A stretch of 64,000 nucleotides of DNA, from contig CM068761.1 of assembly GCA_035084275.1 (NCBI GenBank), forward strand, positions 8,494,001 to 8,558,000, written 5' to 3'. The DNA comes from Hydrolagus colliei. Its lineage: Eukaryota. Below, piece by piece: positions 63,467 through 64,000 of this stretch (its first letter is position 1; each line of letters begins with the position of its first letter). The position numbers and the translations under genes were made by a program. The notes under the pieces are model-generated. The model did not search any database, was not told the origin of the DNA, and was given only the letters and a program-made list of their open reading frames with translations.

Positions 63467-64000
63467 ACCCAAGACCTCTTTTAATTCAATAAATACCGGT
63501 GGGGAATCGACTAATCCAACATGTGAGGCGTCCTGTGCCCATATGTCGGGTGATACATAATCAAGAACATGGGTACCTGAGTGATGAATCAGAATAGATT
63601 CCTCCACTCCTTAAACCGCAAAATATTGAATGGAGACCCCGTGGCTGGGGAATTCCTGAATGTTTACGCAGTCTGAGTGAGCCAGTTGAATAGCCTCATA
63701 GACCATTGGGCCTAGTTCGCGAGCTTTATAGGGAGGGGTGGTAGTGATAGTAATATGGGGGCTTGTTGGACCTGTCTGTTTCCAAATATCCTGTGGAATT
63801 GAAACTATTAATGCAACTCCTTTAGTACTCCAAACTTTACCAATTATATATACTAGGTATGATTTACCCAAAAGGGGCTTGTAAAAGTCCTCAAGGGATG
63901 CTGAAGATCCCCCAGAATCATATGCCAATGTAACATGCGCCTTATGAGATTGTAGTTCCAAAGTCCACCATTGAGGGATATTTGTAAGGTACATCATAGG
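63467..64000 (-). mobile_element. pol: Endogenous retrovirus pol fragment: 2H phosphoesterase domain followed by the RT N-terminus; one in-frame stop (63611-63613)
   Basis: AHVTLAY ... GVALIV ... PHITI...YKARELGPMV, then in the same frame IWAQDASHVGLVDSPPVFIELK (P..W....VGL....P..I.LK, typical of gamma/epsilon-like RT starts). Runs off the window end. Confidence 0.75.

Overview
Eukaryotic, non-microbial DNA: part of a cartilaginous-fish immunoglobulin light-chain array of the lambda / type II (NS3) class. The SINE family suggests a holocephalan-like host, which is inference only. All Ig genes are on the + strand. Four complete clusters, each leader - germline-joined VJ - C with no RSS, lie at 2431-5294 (A), 13516-16432 (B), 33004-35899 (C) and 57391-60293 (D). 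A fifth unit keeps an intact C exon (44581-44903) but has lost promoter, leader and VJ through a ~1.7 kb deletion. A sixth unit (~25.5-30.6 kb) has lost the whole Ig gene. The array is built from tandem units of two alternating subtypes: alpha (A, C, D; ~10.3 kb) and beta (B, orphan; ~14-15 kb). Five units end in an antisense cassette made of a divergent histone H2B remnant fused to a RUNDC1-like exon fragment and a purine-rich tract. The spacers are full of L2 LINE relics and tRNA-derived SINEs. The window ends in an endogenous-retrovirus pol fragment carrying a 2H phosphoesterase domain. The strongest signals are: (1) paralog differences concentrated in CDR3 as contiguous amino-acid-changing substitutions while the 5' half of V is almost invariant; (2) the H2B-RUNDC1 chimera; (3) the ERV 2H domain; (4) the birth-and-death architecture. 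All comparisons were made by eye and spacer and repeat boundaries are approximate.
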